Below, piece after piece: positions 41,007 through 54,879 of a DNA stretch of 64,000 bases. Positions within the stretch are counted from its first letter, which is position 1. The number at the start of each line of letters is the position of its first letter. A model generated the notes under the pieces. The model did no database searches, had not been told where the DNA came from, and saw only the letters and a program-made list of their open reading frames with translations. The position numbers and the translations under genes are program-made. The stretch comes from Octopus vulgaris (taxonomy: Eukaryota), in the NCBI GenBank assembly GCA_951406725.2, contig OX597819.1:100998001-101062000 (forward strand), read 5' to 3'.

Positions 41007-41894
41007 AACGAATACGCCTTTATTCTGTCTGAAATAAACTCACTTCATTGACGTTTCTACTATGCTTGGGAAAGGAATGAAGATTACAACAGCTCTTGTC
41101 AACAATATAGTCGCAGACAATCAAATAAAATAATTAATATATGTTAAGATATTGCGATACGAACAAAAAATTTGCGGTATACATTTGAAAGCACGATATG
41201 ATTTCAATTTCCGAGTAAGGCCAATTCATCTCATTTCGTTAAATACCATCGAGAAAAGCATAAATATTACATGAAATGATTTTTTTAGAAGCTTCAAAAC
41301 ATGAATGAAACAAATTTCATCACGACAATGTAGTTTAAGTTTAAACCTTTCAAGTTTGACATCACAAACTACATTGATTATAATTTATACAGCCATTGTG
41401 GAGGAATAGTGGATGGAGAAAACTGTCGGAAGGACTTTTTACAGTTTTCCGAAAACTTTAAGTACCCAGGCATACTAGACTGATAAATCCATTCTGAAAA
41501 TTTAAAAGAATTTGCTTTCTAAATTTGATACGATAAGGGGAGGGAGCAAGGTCGTTATATTGGCCCCGGTATTGTTTGACTGATACTTTATTTTAAACAA
41601 TGAAAGGTAAAGTTGACCTCAACAGAATATGAATTCAAAACGTAAAGTGAGGGAAAAAATTCGCTTAGTATTTTGTTCAACGTGTTATCTCAATCTATAT
41701 TTCACTCCATATACCTATTCATGTTTGATATACACCAGAAATTTTAAGAACAACTTCAAGTCAGTCCATGGTACTGATGACGATCAATAAGATACAAAAT
41801 AAATTTCATCCATTCAGGCAGTCACTTGTGTCCAGGTTTTTACCAACGCTGAGCTCATCTCGTTGTTAGATGTCTTGTACTGCGACCTTAAAAG

Positions 41895-42515
41895 AAATTG
41901 CGGCAAGTCTTCCTTTTGTACCCACCCAACACCCCTTTTTAATTTTTTTTTTTCCACACAAACCCCAGTTTTCGGCTACAGAAAATACGAATCGGCAAAA
42001 ATCTGCATTTTAAAATTACCACCCACCTAATTTCTTCCTTTTTAACATTTTTCAGAATTTGTGTATGTGTGTGTGTGTGTTTTTCAAAATATGCGGAAAA
42101 AGACGGAGATTGTGTTTTTGAAAAAAATTTTTTAAACTTTTTTTAAGTTACGGTTTGGGTTAGGGTTTTAAGGTTAGGGTCTTAGGGTTAGGTTTAGGGT
42201 TTTAGGGTTAAGTTTAGGGTTGCGGTTTTAGGGTTAGGGTTAGGGATTTAGGGTTAAGGTTAGAGTTTTAGGTTTAGGGTTTGTGTTTTAGGGTTAGGGC
42301 TAGAGTTTTAGGGTTAGGTTGTTAGGATTAGGGTTTTAGGGTTAGGGTTAGGGTTAGGGTTAGGAAAATGAAGAAATTGGGGCGAAATTTCAAAATGTCG
42401 ATTTTTGGCAATTTTCCGGAATCTCCGTATCCGAAAACGGGGGTCTTTTGGCAAACAATTTTGTTTTAAAAGGAGAGAAAATCGTTGGGTCGGGAGGAAG
42501 CCTTTCCGAAATTGG
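41895..42515. mobile_element. Fold-back element with about 140-bp imperfect inverted ends and internal telomeric repeats
   Basis: aaccccagttttcggctac...aaaaatctgcattttaaaatt...aatttcttc versus gaagaaatt...aatttcaaaatgtcgattttt...gtatccgaaaacgggggt. Confidence 0.7.
42147..42364 (+). repeat. Degenerate interstitial (TTAGGG)n
   Basis: ttagggttagggttagggttaggg plus variants ttttaggg and ttaggt. Confidence 0.9.
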
Positions 42516-43474
42516 CCTTTTGCCGGGTGAAAGGAAATCAATACGATGTAGACACTGGTTTTACATTTCCCTTCCAAATGCTGCCACCCATTAAATGGTA
42601 ATTCTTCAAATACAAACTTTATCTGATATATAGATTGTTTAAAAAAACGAAAAACTTAAACTGAAAATAATTGAGCCCGGTGTGTATCGTTAGCCTCTGA
42701 CACTATGAGAATCTCAAAGATGAAAGATGACTGCTTAAAAGTCTTTGTAGCTTCATGTAGGTCATATGAAGTACAAAGTTTGGGGGATCTGTTATTTTTT
42801 ATTATGGTTCTTCTTGGATTTTCCTTTTTGGTAATGCTAGCCGACAAAAATAAAATAACACAAAACATTATAAAATAACAGTAAAAGTGATGAGGAGGGC
42901 CACCTCACTTGTTCTACTGTAATACTATTAATATTTCTTCCCCTACTTCCAGCTGCTATCTTTTCCTATCATCAACAAATTGGAGTATAATATAACACAG
43001 TATCTTTTCTCTTTAGGCTCCCACAAATTCTGCGTCTAGTCTCTCGTATAGTGTTATCAATTGTGCTTAGGGATGTTGTTTAAAAGCTGTGACCATATGG
43101 CATTCGTCACATTGCACAGGCCAAAACGTTTTGGCAGTTCGGGGTGGCGGCAGATGTTCAGTGTATTAAAGTAAATGTTTATTGTTGACCACTTCAGACA
43201 AACGGGGTGGTCACACGATAAGATAAAAATTAAAGAAAATAAAATTAGAATAACACGGGGTCTGGACGCATTCATTACATTTTGGTTATTTCCATTTAAT
43301 ATGGAACCAAATGGAGTTTGGTCAAATTTCAAAAAGGCCTCTACAAAAACATAATTTAATACACGCACACATACATACATTAGCACAAGCATTACAGTAA
43401 GTACAAGAATGGGTGTGTGTTTCTGTGTGTGTACATGTGTATACATACATATATACAAACATACATACACACAC

Positions 43475-43518
<44 letters not shown>

Positions 43519-43769
43519 ATACATATAATATACACATAATATACACACACACATACTTCTAGATAGATACATACATACATATATAAAATTTATTATACGA
43601 AGTTAAATCCATTCCTCCACACATTCCTATTTTATGGCCTTATTAAACTCAATACACTTATACATTTCTTCATAAGTATGATTAGTATGCAAACACAAAC
43701 ACACACACACGTACGCACACACACACACACACACATTTATATATATACATATATATAGATAGATAATAA

Positions 43770-44013
43770 ATGCGTCCTTTTAAAGCCTAGCCAGGCTCAT
43801 GGGCCCCGTTTCCCGGTTTCTATGGCGTATGTGTTCCCAAGAGGGACGGGACGCCAGTCCATCGCAGCGTTACTCATTTTTGCCAGCTGAGTGAATTGGG
43901 GCAACGTGAAATGAGGTGCTTTGCTCAAAAACAAAACGCGTCGCCCGGTCCAGGAATCGAAACCACGATCTTACGATCATGGTTCTGACACCCTAACAAC
44001 TAAGCCACGCGCC
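43770..44013 (-). mobile_element. Full-length tRNA-derived SINE family C
   Basis: Minus-strand head ggcgcgtggcttagttgttagggtgtc...ggtttcgattcctgg; fragments also near 20545 and 24230. Confidence 0.8.
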
Positions 44014-44028
44014 TGCACTATATATGTG

Positions 44029-44075
<47 letters not shown>

Positions 44076-44989
44076 ATATATGTATATATATATATACATA
44101 TATATATAAGTACTTATATATATACAAATAGATAGAACTTCATACATATGAACTTACGTACGTACGTACATAACTAGACATTTATATTTTTTATACACTT
44201 AGACACGTATGTCAATCGATGTACTAATAATACTTTATACATCTGTAGTATTCAATTTAAATGATTCCTAATGCGTATAAATTTTACACATAGTAAATAT
44301 TGAGGTTTCATCCGAGTCTTAGTTGATTTCAGAAAGTTCCGATAACTTACCAGTAAGACTCAACATCGGTGTGTATATTATTCAGTCTACACGCTTATAC
44401 TAACCATGTCTTTACATCTTCTGGTGAAAGTAGAATGTATATACATACAGTTAGCCATACTATATGTCTACATATACTTAACCAATACACAACTTTTGTG
44501 TATTTTCTGTTTTTGCAATATGAAGTTTCCTTGTCTAGAAATGATAAATATATCAAATATCAATGTTTATGTATACTGTTTATAGTTACTAGACATATAT
44601 TCCAGGTGGCATATACTATTATTTTAAACTGTTACTTTTCCATACATGCACACACAAAAATGCAATTAGAAAGTAGTACAGCTTCATTTCTGTAGAAAGC
44701 GTTTCACTTGAAACTATCTGAATTTACGCAATAAAAGAATGTTGTTTTGTGAAAGACAGTGCTCTGTCAATGGCATTTCGTTTGACAATGTTGTTGAGCT
44801 GCATTCAAAACTTTAAGAATTCAAAAATTCTTACATATTTTCACTGTTCCGATCACAAAATAGAATTTATTGCACACTTATCAAAAGATATTACCTTCTA
44901 CATAGAATTTTCAAATTTTGAATTCCATTACCGGAATTTTGGTGTATGGATTCCTATGTAACATGCAATATATAATATAATATGATATA

Positions 44990-45010
44990 TCTACATAAAT
45001 AAAGCTGAGG

Positions 45011-45051
<41 letters not shown>

Positions 45052-45270
45052 TGTCTGTATGTATGTGTGCATCACTAAAACTCAAGAACTACCCAACTGA
45101 TTTGCTTCAAATTTTACACATGCCTTACTTAGGGTCCATGCAGTTCATAGGACAAACAAATTTCAACTTCTTGCCTAATGCGAGCCCGAAGAAATCTCTG
45201 ATCGTTTACACTATTTCAGTATTTTGTGTCAAAAGTGAAAAATAACATCTCTTTTGTAATGTAAGATAAT
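44990..45270 (+). mobile_element. Possible 5' part of a non-autonomous Helitron
   Basis: A|TCtacataaataaag start, (TG)n/ctgt tract, then caactgatttgcttcaaatttt; no CTAG end seen. Confidence 0.35.
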
Positions 45271-45279
45271 ATGTTACGT

Positions 45280-45884
45280 TCCCGTAACATAGCGGTTCGG
45301 CAAAAGGGACCGATAGAATAAGTACTGGGCTTACAAAGTATAAGTCCTGGGGTCGATTTGCTTGACTAAAGGCAGTGCACCAGCATGGCCACAGTCAAAT
45401 AAAGGAAACAAGTGAAAGATTGAAAGAGCCTCAGGTCGACCAAAGACTTGCGAGTGGATTTCGTACACGGAAAATGAAAGATTGTCGTATATATGTATAT
45501 ATCTTTATATATAAAACCAAAGTTGTGTGTCTGTCTCCTACGATTTAGATTCCTAACTACTCCCATATGTTGCGGTGCAGTGTAACCAAAAGCGGGTATC
45601 TTATAGTCGTGATTCATATCGAGCCCTTCTGGGTATTAGTGCGCGTCTACGATGAATCTATGATTTAAAAAAAAATTTCCCATTTTTTAATGCCATTTTT
45701 TTGCTATTATATAAGAGAAGTAACTCTCTAAAAATGTATTATTAAATCTCAGAACGTAAAAAGCTACAGTAACACCCCCAATGTGGTTAGCCATATTGAG
45801 ATGGCTATTATATTTTACATCTCTAAAAATGCTTATATAGTTATTTCCCTTACAAACCCGAGCAACGCCGGGCGACACTGCTAG

Positions 45885-45935
<51 letters not shown>

Positions 45936-46138
45936 ATGTGTGTGTTCCTGTGTTTGTACCCTCACCATTGCATGACAACCGATATTTCTGTGTTTACATT
46001 CCCATAACTTCGGTAAAAGACACTAATAGAATAAGTACTAGTCTTACAAAGAATAAATCTTGTGGTCGATTTGTTTGGACAACAGCTGTGCTCCAGCATG
46101 GCCGCTCTCACATGACTGAAAGAAGTAAAACAATAAAA
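45280..46138 (+). mobile_element. SINE family A pieces (3' half, then a 5'-truncated copy split by a Helitron)
   Basis: 45280-45420 is a tail; 45425-45490 and 45945-46138 are the two halves of one copy. Confidence 0.75.
45502..45884 (+). mobile_element. Non-autonomous Helitron
   Basis: 5' TC, subterminal hairpin cccg-agcaacgc-cggg, 3' CTAG, inserted between A and T; homologous to 60940-61333. Confidence 0.85.
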
Positions 46139-46924
46139 AAAACTACGTCATTTAAATCCAACGCAAGAATTTCTCTGCTAATAACGTAAAGTAGATGAAA
46201 CCATGGCGACTGAAGAAGGGGTTTTTTGCTTGTGTTATTTGTCCTGTACACTATTTTTTTGTTGTTTAAGAAAAATGTCCAGTTCCTTGGGTTTGTGTCT
46301 ATGTTTTCGTTTCTCATTGTGTTCGACGATTTTTTTGTATCCTGTACTCATATATGCGTGTATATATACATGTAGAGGTAGGTACGTACATATATGTATA
46401 TATATATGCATATGTTTTATTTATTAATATATTTATATATATATATATATATATATCTGTTATTATATTCATATATCTAAATACACACACACACGCACGC
46501 ACGCGCGCACACACACAGGCGCGCACACACACACACGCGCGCACACACACAAACCATTATTTTAAGATCATCAATCCCACCACAGCATTTGCGAACAGTG
46601 ATCGCCAGGCAAGCACGGAAGAGCTGATTTTCCAACACCCAACGTTCCGCCTGCACCTGGCAGGCTTTACATCTGATCGGTCTTTTCTACGGGCATGACC
46701 CAGTGACCCGTATTTGGCTGTCTCATAGTAAACATATTCCTCCCTTTGCCTGAACCAAATATGTTTTATCCCTAGGTCTAACTCTTGACACACCTGTAAT
46801 TAGATTAGCCCATTTGCGTTTCTCTTCCCCTATTATTTGACTGTTTATGGTGGAAGGCTGAGTTATGTTCAGCATGGAATGCTTTGTAGATCCACTGCAG
46901 GATCTTTGGATTATTATTAGTTCC

Positions 46925-47090
46925 GATTCGTGACTCACTTTCAGTGCTCGCGACGCTTCATGAACCAAGACGACTTGGAAGCTTCAGTGAAGGAATTCTG
47001 TTCCTTGAAAGACAAGAAATTGTATCAGGGTTGGATCAAAAACTCGCAAAAAGGAGGTGTAACACGATGGCCTCTACGTCGAATGCTTGG
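46925..47090 (+). pseudogene. Mariner transposase C-terminal remnant
   Basis: RRFMNQDDLEASVKEFCSLKDKKLYQG...LAKR...DGLYVE. Confidence 0.65.
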
Positions 47091-47285
47091 TTAGCTTCCG
47101 TTGTAACTTGACAAATAAAGCCAATAAGTTACCAAAATTTTGGTCAATTTTCGACTCAATACAATATTATCAGGTTTTATTTGTTATTGATTATTATTTT
47201 CAGGTTAGTTCTGATCGAACAGGAGCACGAACAAACAGTTGCCATATTATGTATGAGTATGTGTGTGTGTCTGTGTGTCCGCGCG

Positions 47286-47325
<40 letters not shown>

Positions 47326-47690
47326 TCCGCTCTTTCTTTCTCTCGCTTTCTCTCTTTGCTACCTCTGTCTCTCACAGACAGTAAACTCTATAAAATCCAG
47401 CGACAGTTGCTAACGAGCTTTAAAAAATAAACAAATATATAGAGGGCACTGACAGATATTTCCAAAGATGCTGATGATATTAGTGTTGTTGTTATTGCTG
47501 ATGATGATAGTGATAATAATAGTGATGGTGGTGAGGGTGGTGGTGACGATGATGATGATAAATCCTGTTTCAGAACTGTAAACAAACAGCTGTTTTCTTT
47601 GTTAAAAATGACGCGGGAGTAATTATATATGTGTGTATGTGTGTGTGTATTTGTGTGTGAGTGTGTGCGCATGTGTATATTTGTGTGTGA

Positions 47691-47767
<77 letters not shown>

Positions 47768-47834
47768 CATACATACATATACTCTCTCTTCTGTCTGTGT
47801 CTCTCTGTCTCCGTTTCCGTCTCTCTCCCTCTCC

Positions 47835-47890
<56 letters not shown>

Positions 47891-49052
47891 GCTACAACTT
47901 AAGTGTGTATTTGAAAATACGTGAAGAAAGATTGGTTTTGGTTCAGCCGCAACTGGGACTAACAAGGGGAAAATTAGGGAAAGGCTGGGGTGGGTGCCGT
48001 CTGTGTAATGATTGACAAGAAACAAAATATGAGAACTTATTTGAGGATATTTAATGTCCATTTTGGATCCATGGTTCCCATCTACCTCTCTTTTTTTCGC
48101 TGCCTTTTTTAGTTGTATATTTTACTGTATACCTCCGGTTCCTATCCAGGATACGACACCACGACACCATCAAGGTCATTTTTGCATTTGCCAGAACCCT
48201 CTTTTTTCTTTTTTTGTATATTCTGAAAAAGACAAACAACACTCGGTTCCATTAGCAGATGACCTGGGATATAATATTTTAGTGAAAGCGAATAATGAAG
48301 AAATTTATAAACAATGAGATAGAATGAGAGAGAGAAAGGGGTGAAAGAATAGAGAGTAGCGGATAACAGCCGGGAAGAAAGTGGGAGAGACAGGAAGAAA
48401 CACAGAAACAAAAAATAAGAAGAGAAATAGAGAGAGGGGGAGGGAGAGTGAAATTGTGATTATCAGCTTCCGTTGTTTTAGTGTCTGTTTTGAATTTTGT
48501 AGTATGAGTATATTGTGCGTGTCTGAATAGGAGAGGAAGACTGAATGTACGTGTATCTACGTGAGTGTATATATATATACATATGCATGCGCGCGTGTGT
48601 GTCTGAAATTGTGTGTTTCTGTATGTGTCCATGTGTGCATGCATGCGTGTGAACGTGAGGGAATGTGTAGATGTAAGGGAAAAGACAGGGGCGTAAAATA
48701 GCTTATACGTTCTCAGTGCATAACAATGTGGTATTTTAGCCATTCTAAAGTCACATCCATCTTCAATAGCGATAAATATCATCCTTGTTAACTGGGTTTA
48801 TTTTGTTTATATATACAGTTTCAGGAGTGTTGTGGGGTTAAGAAATGTTGTAAATAGATGTGCTAACGGAGTTAACCCTGACAGAAAATCTTAAATGAAG
48901 CGCCAAAGACATCCAGATGGCAATACCCGCCGTTTCTACAAAAGGGTTAGCTTTGAATTGTAAAGTATATAATTTGATGAGGGAGATCTCACTGTATTAT
49001 TCACTCACATATCTCTTTCTCTGATTTCTTTTTATTTTTAATTTTTTTGCAG

Positions 49053-49249
49053 GCATTTATAAGGTCAATTCAGGCATCCTGCCCTTGATTGCATTCCAGA
49101 TATGATACAGCGTAAGCGGTCGAAACTACACTTCTAAAACGTCCTGTTGTTGTAACCTCCGATTCGGTAACATTGGCTTGTATCAGGAAGTAATTTTTTT
49201 ATTCATATACAGATTATGTTGGGCGTTTGTAATATTTCTATGTGGCAAG
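49053..49249 (+). other. Candidate non-coding exon
   Basis: T-rich tract plus tgcag acceptor and caag|gtaagt donor; stops in all three frames. Confidence 0.3.
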
Positions 49250-50231
49250 GTAAGTTTGTCTGTGGTGACGAAAATAAGGCCGAATCATTTCGGTATCTCG
49301 AACTCCCCCTAAAACCGGTAAATCACATGATATGAATGCACATTATTGAAGGCGAGGAGGTATTCCCGTTTGACGAAAAGCAAAAGTGATCGAGTATTCA
49401 TGTTTCACTGTTTCAATGAAGTGAGAAGAAATAGATGCGTTACATTTCTATGTTCCTTTATTTAGAATGATAATATCAAACCCTAATATTCCTGTTATAA
49501 TTCTGCATAAAATAATAATTTTCTTATTGTTTTTATTATTTGATTTTGAAATTAATTTTTTTAATTATTTTTATGCATACCAAAGTTGTTACGATCTTTT
49601 GTATTCTAGTAACTCACCGCCATAGAAAGCAATGCCAAGAACGATCATCAAGCGGATTCTTCGCCAATCATGAGGCATGCATCATCAAGTTGTTTGACTT
49701 TCCTTTGCCCAAACTCTATAGAATCACAGCGTACTATTTTTCAAATGGAGGGGAGATTATAATATACATCTATACACACATATATATATATAACATAGAG
49801 AAATCAAGTTTGTTTTTATTGGATTATACAAAATTATGAGCACTGTGTGAACATTAACGACTCTGTGTAGGTATTGAATGATTTTGTGTATATTATTTTG
49901 AACCCACTCTGAGTTGTAAGGAATAGTTGGGACTTTTAAATACATAGTTGCATATACGTCTACTTTAATAAGAATATTGCCATGGAGAAAATGGCACGCT
50001 ATAAAAATTCACCCGTCTCTAGTACAGTCGTAAGCATGAAATTTGTAGGAGCTCCACATTATATCTAGTGTATATATATCATATTTATCTCTGGCTAGAT
50101 GAAATAATAATTATTTTAGTTTATCTTACCAATTTTAAGGGGACATTAAAATATACATATATACACATATGTATATACATATAAACATATACATATATAT
50201 ACAGATACATATATAACATATTTATATCTGT

Positions 50232-50289
<58 letters not shown>

Positions 50290-50826
50290 ATATGCGGATG
50301 TAAATATGTGTGTTTGTCAAAATTTTATATCCAGTTAATGATTTGTCAATTTTGTTAGATATTCATGAATATTATATGCAAGTTAACGTTTGAAAATTTT
50401 GAACATATACGATGTTCAGTTCATGCAGAAATATCTGTGCATATAGGAATACATTGCTACGTAATATTGCACTCGTATATACATACATATCATCATAGAG
50501 ATTCTCACATACACATTCTTGTGACACACATAAAAGCAGACACATTTTGAATATGCTTTGTGTCGTTGTTAGGGATACATAGTACTATATAAATATACGC
50601 ACGCATGCCTATATATATACATATATGATTATATACACATGTATATCAACACATAAATCACAACACACACACAAACACACGCACAAACACATGACTATAT
50701 CGAGAAGAGGTGCGTAGAAATGTGTGTATATATATTTGTATATATGTACATAAATATACGTATTTATACATGTATATATATATATGCATATAAATATATA
50801 TATATATATTATATATGTATATATAT

Positions 50827-50883
<57 letters not shown>

Positions 50884-51573
50884 TGTGTGTGCACGTATCT
50901 ATATATTTACCGTGCTATATAAGTATGTTTCTATCATGTGTATGTGTGTGAGGAACAGAGAAAGTGAAAGCGAGCGTGTCAGTATGTTACCAAGAACATT
51001 TGTAAAAGAGAAAATCATGTTTATAAGGCTACATACAGAGATGTATGTGCTTTAGATCGGAATTGCATCGGACGGAGCGTGTCCTTAACAAAATATAGCG
51101 ATGAAGATAGAAGTTGAAAAAAAGTCAAAAATTGAGTAAAAATCTTTATATCAGATATATAAGGAAAACAAATAAAATTAACCTAACAATATATCCATCC
51201 ATCTACTTATCAATACACACATAATACATACATATATGTATGTATATATGCATGTATGTATGCATGCATGGATGTATGTATGTATTAATGTATATATATA
51301 TAATATACATACACAAAATTTATAGGTGTAAGCACAATGTTATATATATGTAAATACATGTATATAATTGTATTTACATGTATATAAACATATAAGTGTA
51401 TATGTATATATAAATATGTGTGTGTGCAATGTGTGTGTCTGTGCGCGTCGATGCGTGCTTGACTCTGTATGTGTGTCTGTGTTTGTGTGTGTGTGTGGGG
51501 GGGTTTGCGTATAAAATGCATAAAAGCAGAATCGTAAGATCTATTTTATTATGCTTTCTGAAATCGTCGTCGT

Positions 51574-51815
<242 letters not shown>

Positions 51816-52707
51816 AGCATCGCTGTTGATTAATTTAAAAATCTTCAAATATGATTCTTCTTGCTAGCTTTGTGAACGTTACTTGTAATAAATAGTTTTG
51901 CATTACGCTTTTTATTCAATTATTTTTATATTTCTTTCATCTCTCGAACATCAGAACTGATAATAAAATGACAAACACAAATAAAATTTTGTAAAATAAA
52001 TCATAAATTTTAAATTGAAACTAAAACTGATAAAAAACAAAAAAAAACAAAAAAAAAACAAAAAAAAAACAAATCATGCCTGAGCGAAAACCAAAACAGC
52101 ATTTTAGAATTGTTGAAAACTTTAACAAGATCGACAAAAATGACACTGATATTATGGCGGAAAATAAATAAATAAAAAATAATATTAAAAAGTTTTAAAA
52201 AATTTGATTCTTCACCAAAATCCTCAAAGAATTTCCCAGTCGTGACGACTTCAGATTTTGAGAATTATATTCTTGTTATTTATTTATGAATCTTTAGTAC
52301 TTTTGCTCTCTGCAAACATGCACGTCAATGAAATTGTTTTATATTCACTCATAACTTGCCTTTGCTTGAACTCTTAACCGCTCCTTTTCTATAGATTTTC
52401 ACACCACATTTTAGATATTTTACCCGTTGGAGACTCGGTGTTACATTTCTTTATAAGTATTATTATTACTATTATTCTTCTTATTATTATTTATCTTTAT
52501 ATAATTTTTCTGTGTGTTATTTTCTTATTGTTTTCCACATGGTGTCTTTGCGTAATGTTACTTTTCAAAGATTTTAGACTAAATGGAAATCCAAAAACAC
52601 TTGACTGAATAAATGCAATAATGAGATATTTAGTTCCATATCGCCAGACTAGGGCTCGGAAACCTTCGAGTGTCGACTTTTCTTTTCTACTTGTATATCT
52701 AAGATAT

Positions 52708-52880
52708 AGGTACAGTCGTGGCTATGTGGTAAGAAGCTTGCTTCCCAACCAAATGGTTGCGGGTTCAGTCTCACTGCATGGGACCTTGGGCAAGTGTCTT
52801 TTACTATAGCTTCAGACTGACGACAGACATGTGAATGTATTTGGTAGACAGAAAGTGAAAGAAACTCGTCTTCTATATAC
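52708..52880 (+). mobile_element. SINE family A 5' half
   Basis: gtggctatgtggtaagaagcttgcttcccaacc...gggttcagtctcactgc. Confidence 0.8.
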
Positions 52881-52936
<56 letters not shown>

Positions 52937-53094
52937 ACATACATATTTATGTATATATGAAATGTTGCATTTTTAATTACCTTTTTTTTTTCAGTTATTT
53001 AAAACTCAATTATGTATACCCTTGCATTTAATTTTGATTCCTTTTCCTTCCAGGCAACATTGGTATACAAAATTCGTACTCACAGACCTTAAGG

Positions 53095-53410
53095 AAATCA
53101 TAACAACAAAACAATATCGAGTGATATTCTTCTATGATACAAACGGGGTCAATCAGCTGCAGAAGCTATATAGATTACCATGCGGGCCTTTGATAATGGT
53201 TTTGTTGACATCAGAACTGTTCAGAGATGGTTTCAAAGATTTCGTTCAGGAGATGATAGCCTTGAAAAAGAACTAAGGGAATTCAGTCCCACTGCATTGG
53301 TTTATTCAGCATGATGGAATAAATGCTTTGGTTGAAAAAATCCGTGATCAAGGGTCCGCAAACTTTCATCAGAACTCCAAACATCTCACAAAATTGTTTC
53401 TCGACACCTC
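53095..53410 (+). pseudogene. Mariner transposase N-terminal HTH remnant
   Basis: KQYRVIFFYD / KRGQSAAEA...AFDNGFVDIRTVQRWFQRFRSGDDSLE...SHKIVSRHL; frameshifted, ends at a SINE. Confidence 0.85.
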
Positions 53411-53415
53411 AAAGG

Positions 53416-53515
53416 CTATAGCAGAAGACACTTGCCCAAGGTGCCACGCAGTGGGAGTGAACCTGGAACAATGTGGTTGGTAAACAAGCTACTTACCACA
53501 CAGCCACTCCCGCGC
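53416..53515 (-). mobile_element. SINE family A 5' part
   Basis: ctatagcagaagacacttgcccaagg...accacacagccactcccgcgcc. Confidence 0.85.
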
Positions 53516-54284
53516 CAACGCATATTTGCATATACGTTCGTAGTGGCTGTGATATTAATTGCAAATATGTATAAGTGCATGTGATTGCGTGCGTGCGTGC
53601 GTGATTGTTGTGTGTGCGTGCATGAATTCGCATGCATGTTTTCAAGTATGTGTCAGGTGTGTGTGTACATTTTTGTGTTTCGGTGTTTATTCCACCTCTC
53701 ATCGTTTGGAAAGTTTGTGTTTAATAGTATGCTAGTATGTAAATCCCCACTCTCACTTCCCTCTCTCACTCTCTATATGTGTATATGTGCGCATCTGTGC
53801 GCAATAGTGTGTGTATGTGTGCAATTTCGCACATTCTTATCCATGTGTTATTGCATTTTAATTGCCAGACTTTGTTAATATTAATTATCTCAGGCCTGTG
53901 TTTGTATGTGATGATAATAACAAAGATAAAAAAGAGAAAACAGGAACGTTTTCGTGCGTTTGCGTGCATGTAATACTATATACATTTCTCTATATGTGTT
54001 TTTATTATTTGCCTACACATTGCATGTATTTAATTGTACACCGTACTCTGTGCCTGTCTGTACCTCTGCATCAACTTGATTAAATACGTGATTCTGTATA
54101 TGTTCCCGTCCATATTTGCACGAGTTTGCATGTATACGTGAGTGTACGTTCAAATATGTGTATATATGTATTGCTTTATTTGCGTATGAGTGTATGTGAA
54201 TTTACAGTAGCGTTTCTTGCATGTTGTTCTAAATTTAAAGCATGATTGTGTGTGACGATGAAGATTTATTATATAATCATTTCT

Positions 54285-54872
54285 ATTTCTATTATAGGCA
54301 CAAGGCCTGAAAATTTGGATGGTGGGGCTAGTCGATTATATCGCCCCCAGTGTTCCAGAGGTACTTATTTCATCGACCCCAGAAGGATGTAAAGCAAATC
54401 GACCTCAGTGGAATTTAAACTCAAAACGTGAAGACAGACGAAATAGGGCTAAGATTTTCGCCCGGCGTGCTACTGATTGTGCCAGTTCACTGCCTTATAA
54501 TGATTTTAAATTTTGGGGAAGTGTTCGATTCGTACTTATTTCATTGACCCCGAATGAATAAAAGGTAAATTCATCATCGGCGTAATTCGAACTGAGAAAG
54601 TTGCGGCAGATGATATACTGCTTAGCATTTCGCCCAACTTGCTAACGATTCTGCCAGCTGCCTGCCTTAAAAGAGTTATTACATAATAGTCATTTCTCCT
54701 CTAGGCACAAAGCCTTGAAAAATTTTTGGGGGGGCTAGTCGATTACATGAACCGCAGTGCATAACTGTTACTTATTTCATTGACCCCAAAAGGATGAAAG
54801 CAAAGTCGAACTCGATGGAAATTGAAATCAGATCGTAGAAGCAGATGAAATACCGCTGGGCATTTCGCCAGC
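54285..54872 (-). mobile_element. Three consecutive diverged SINE family B copies
   Basis: Cores at about 54370, 54545 and 54780. Confidence 0.75.
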
Positions 54873-54879
54873 TCAACTC

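Noticed and set aside
42147-42364. True telomere or fusion site
   Set aside because: Short, degenerate, single orientation, and enclosed by inverted arms.
49570-49760. Possible mariner WVPH-region remnant on the minus strand
   Set aside because: Only two short motif traces (CMPHD, KIVT).
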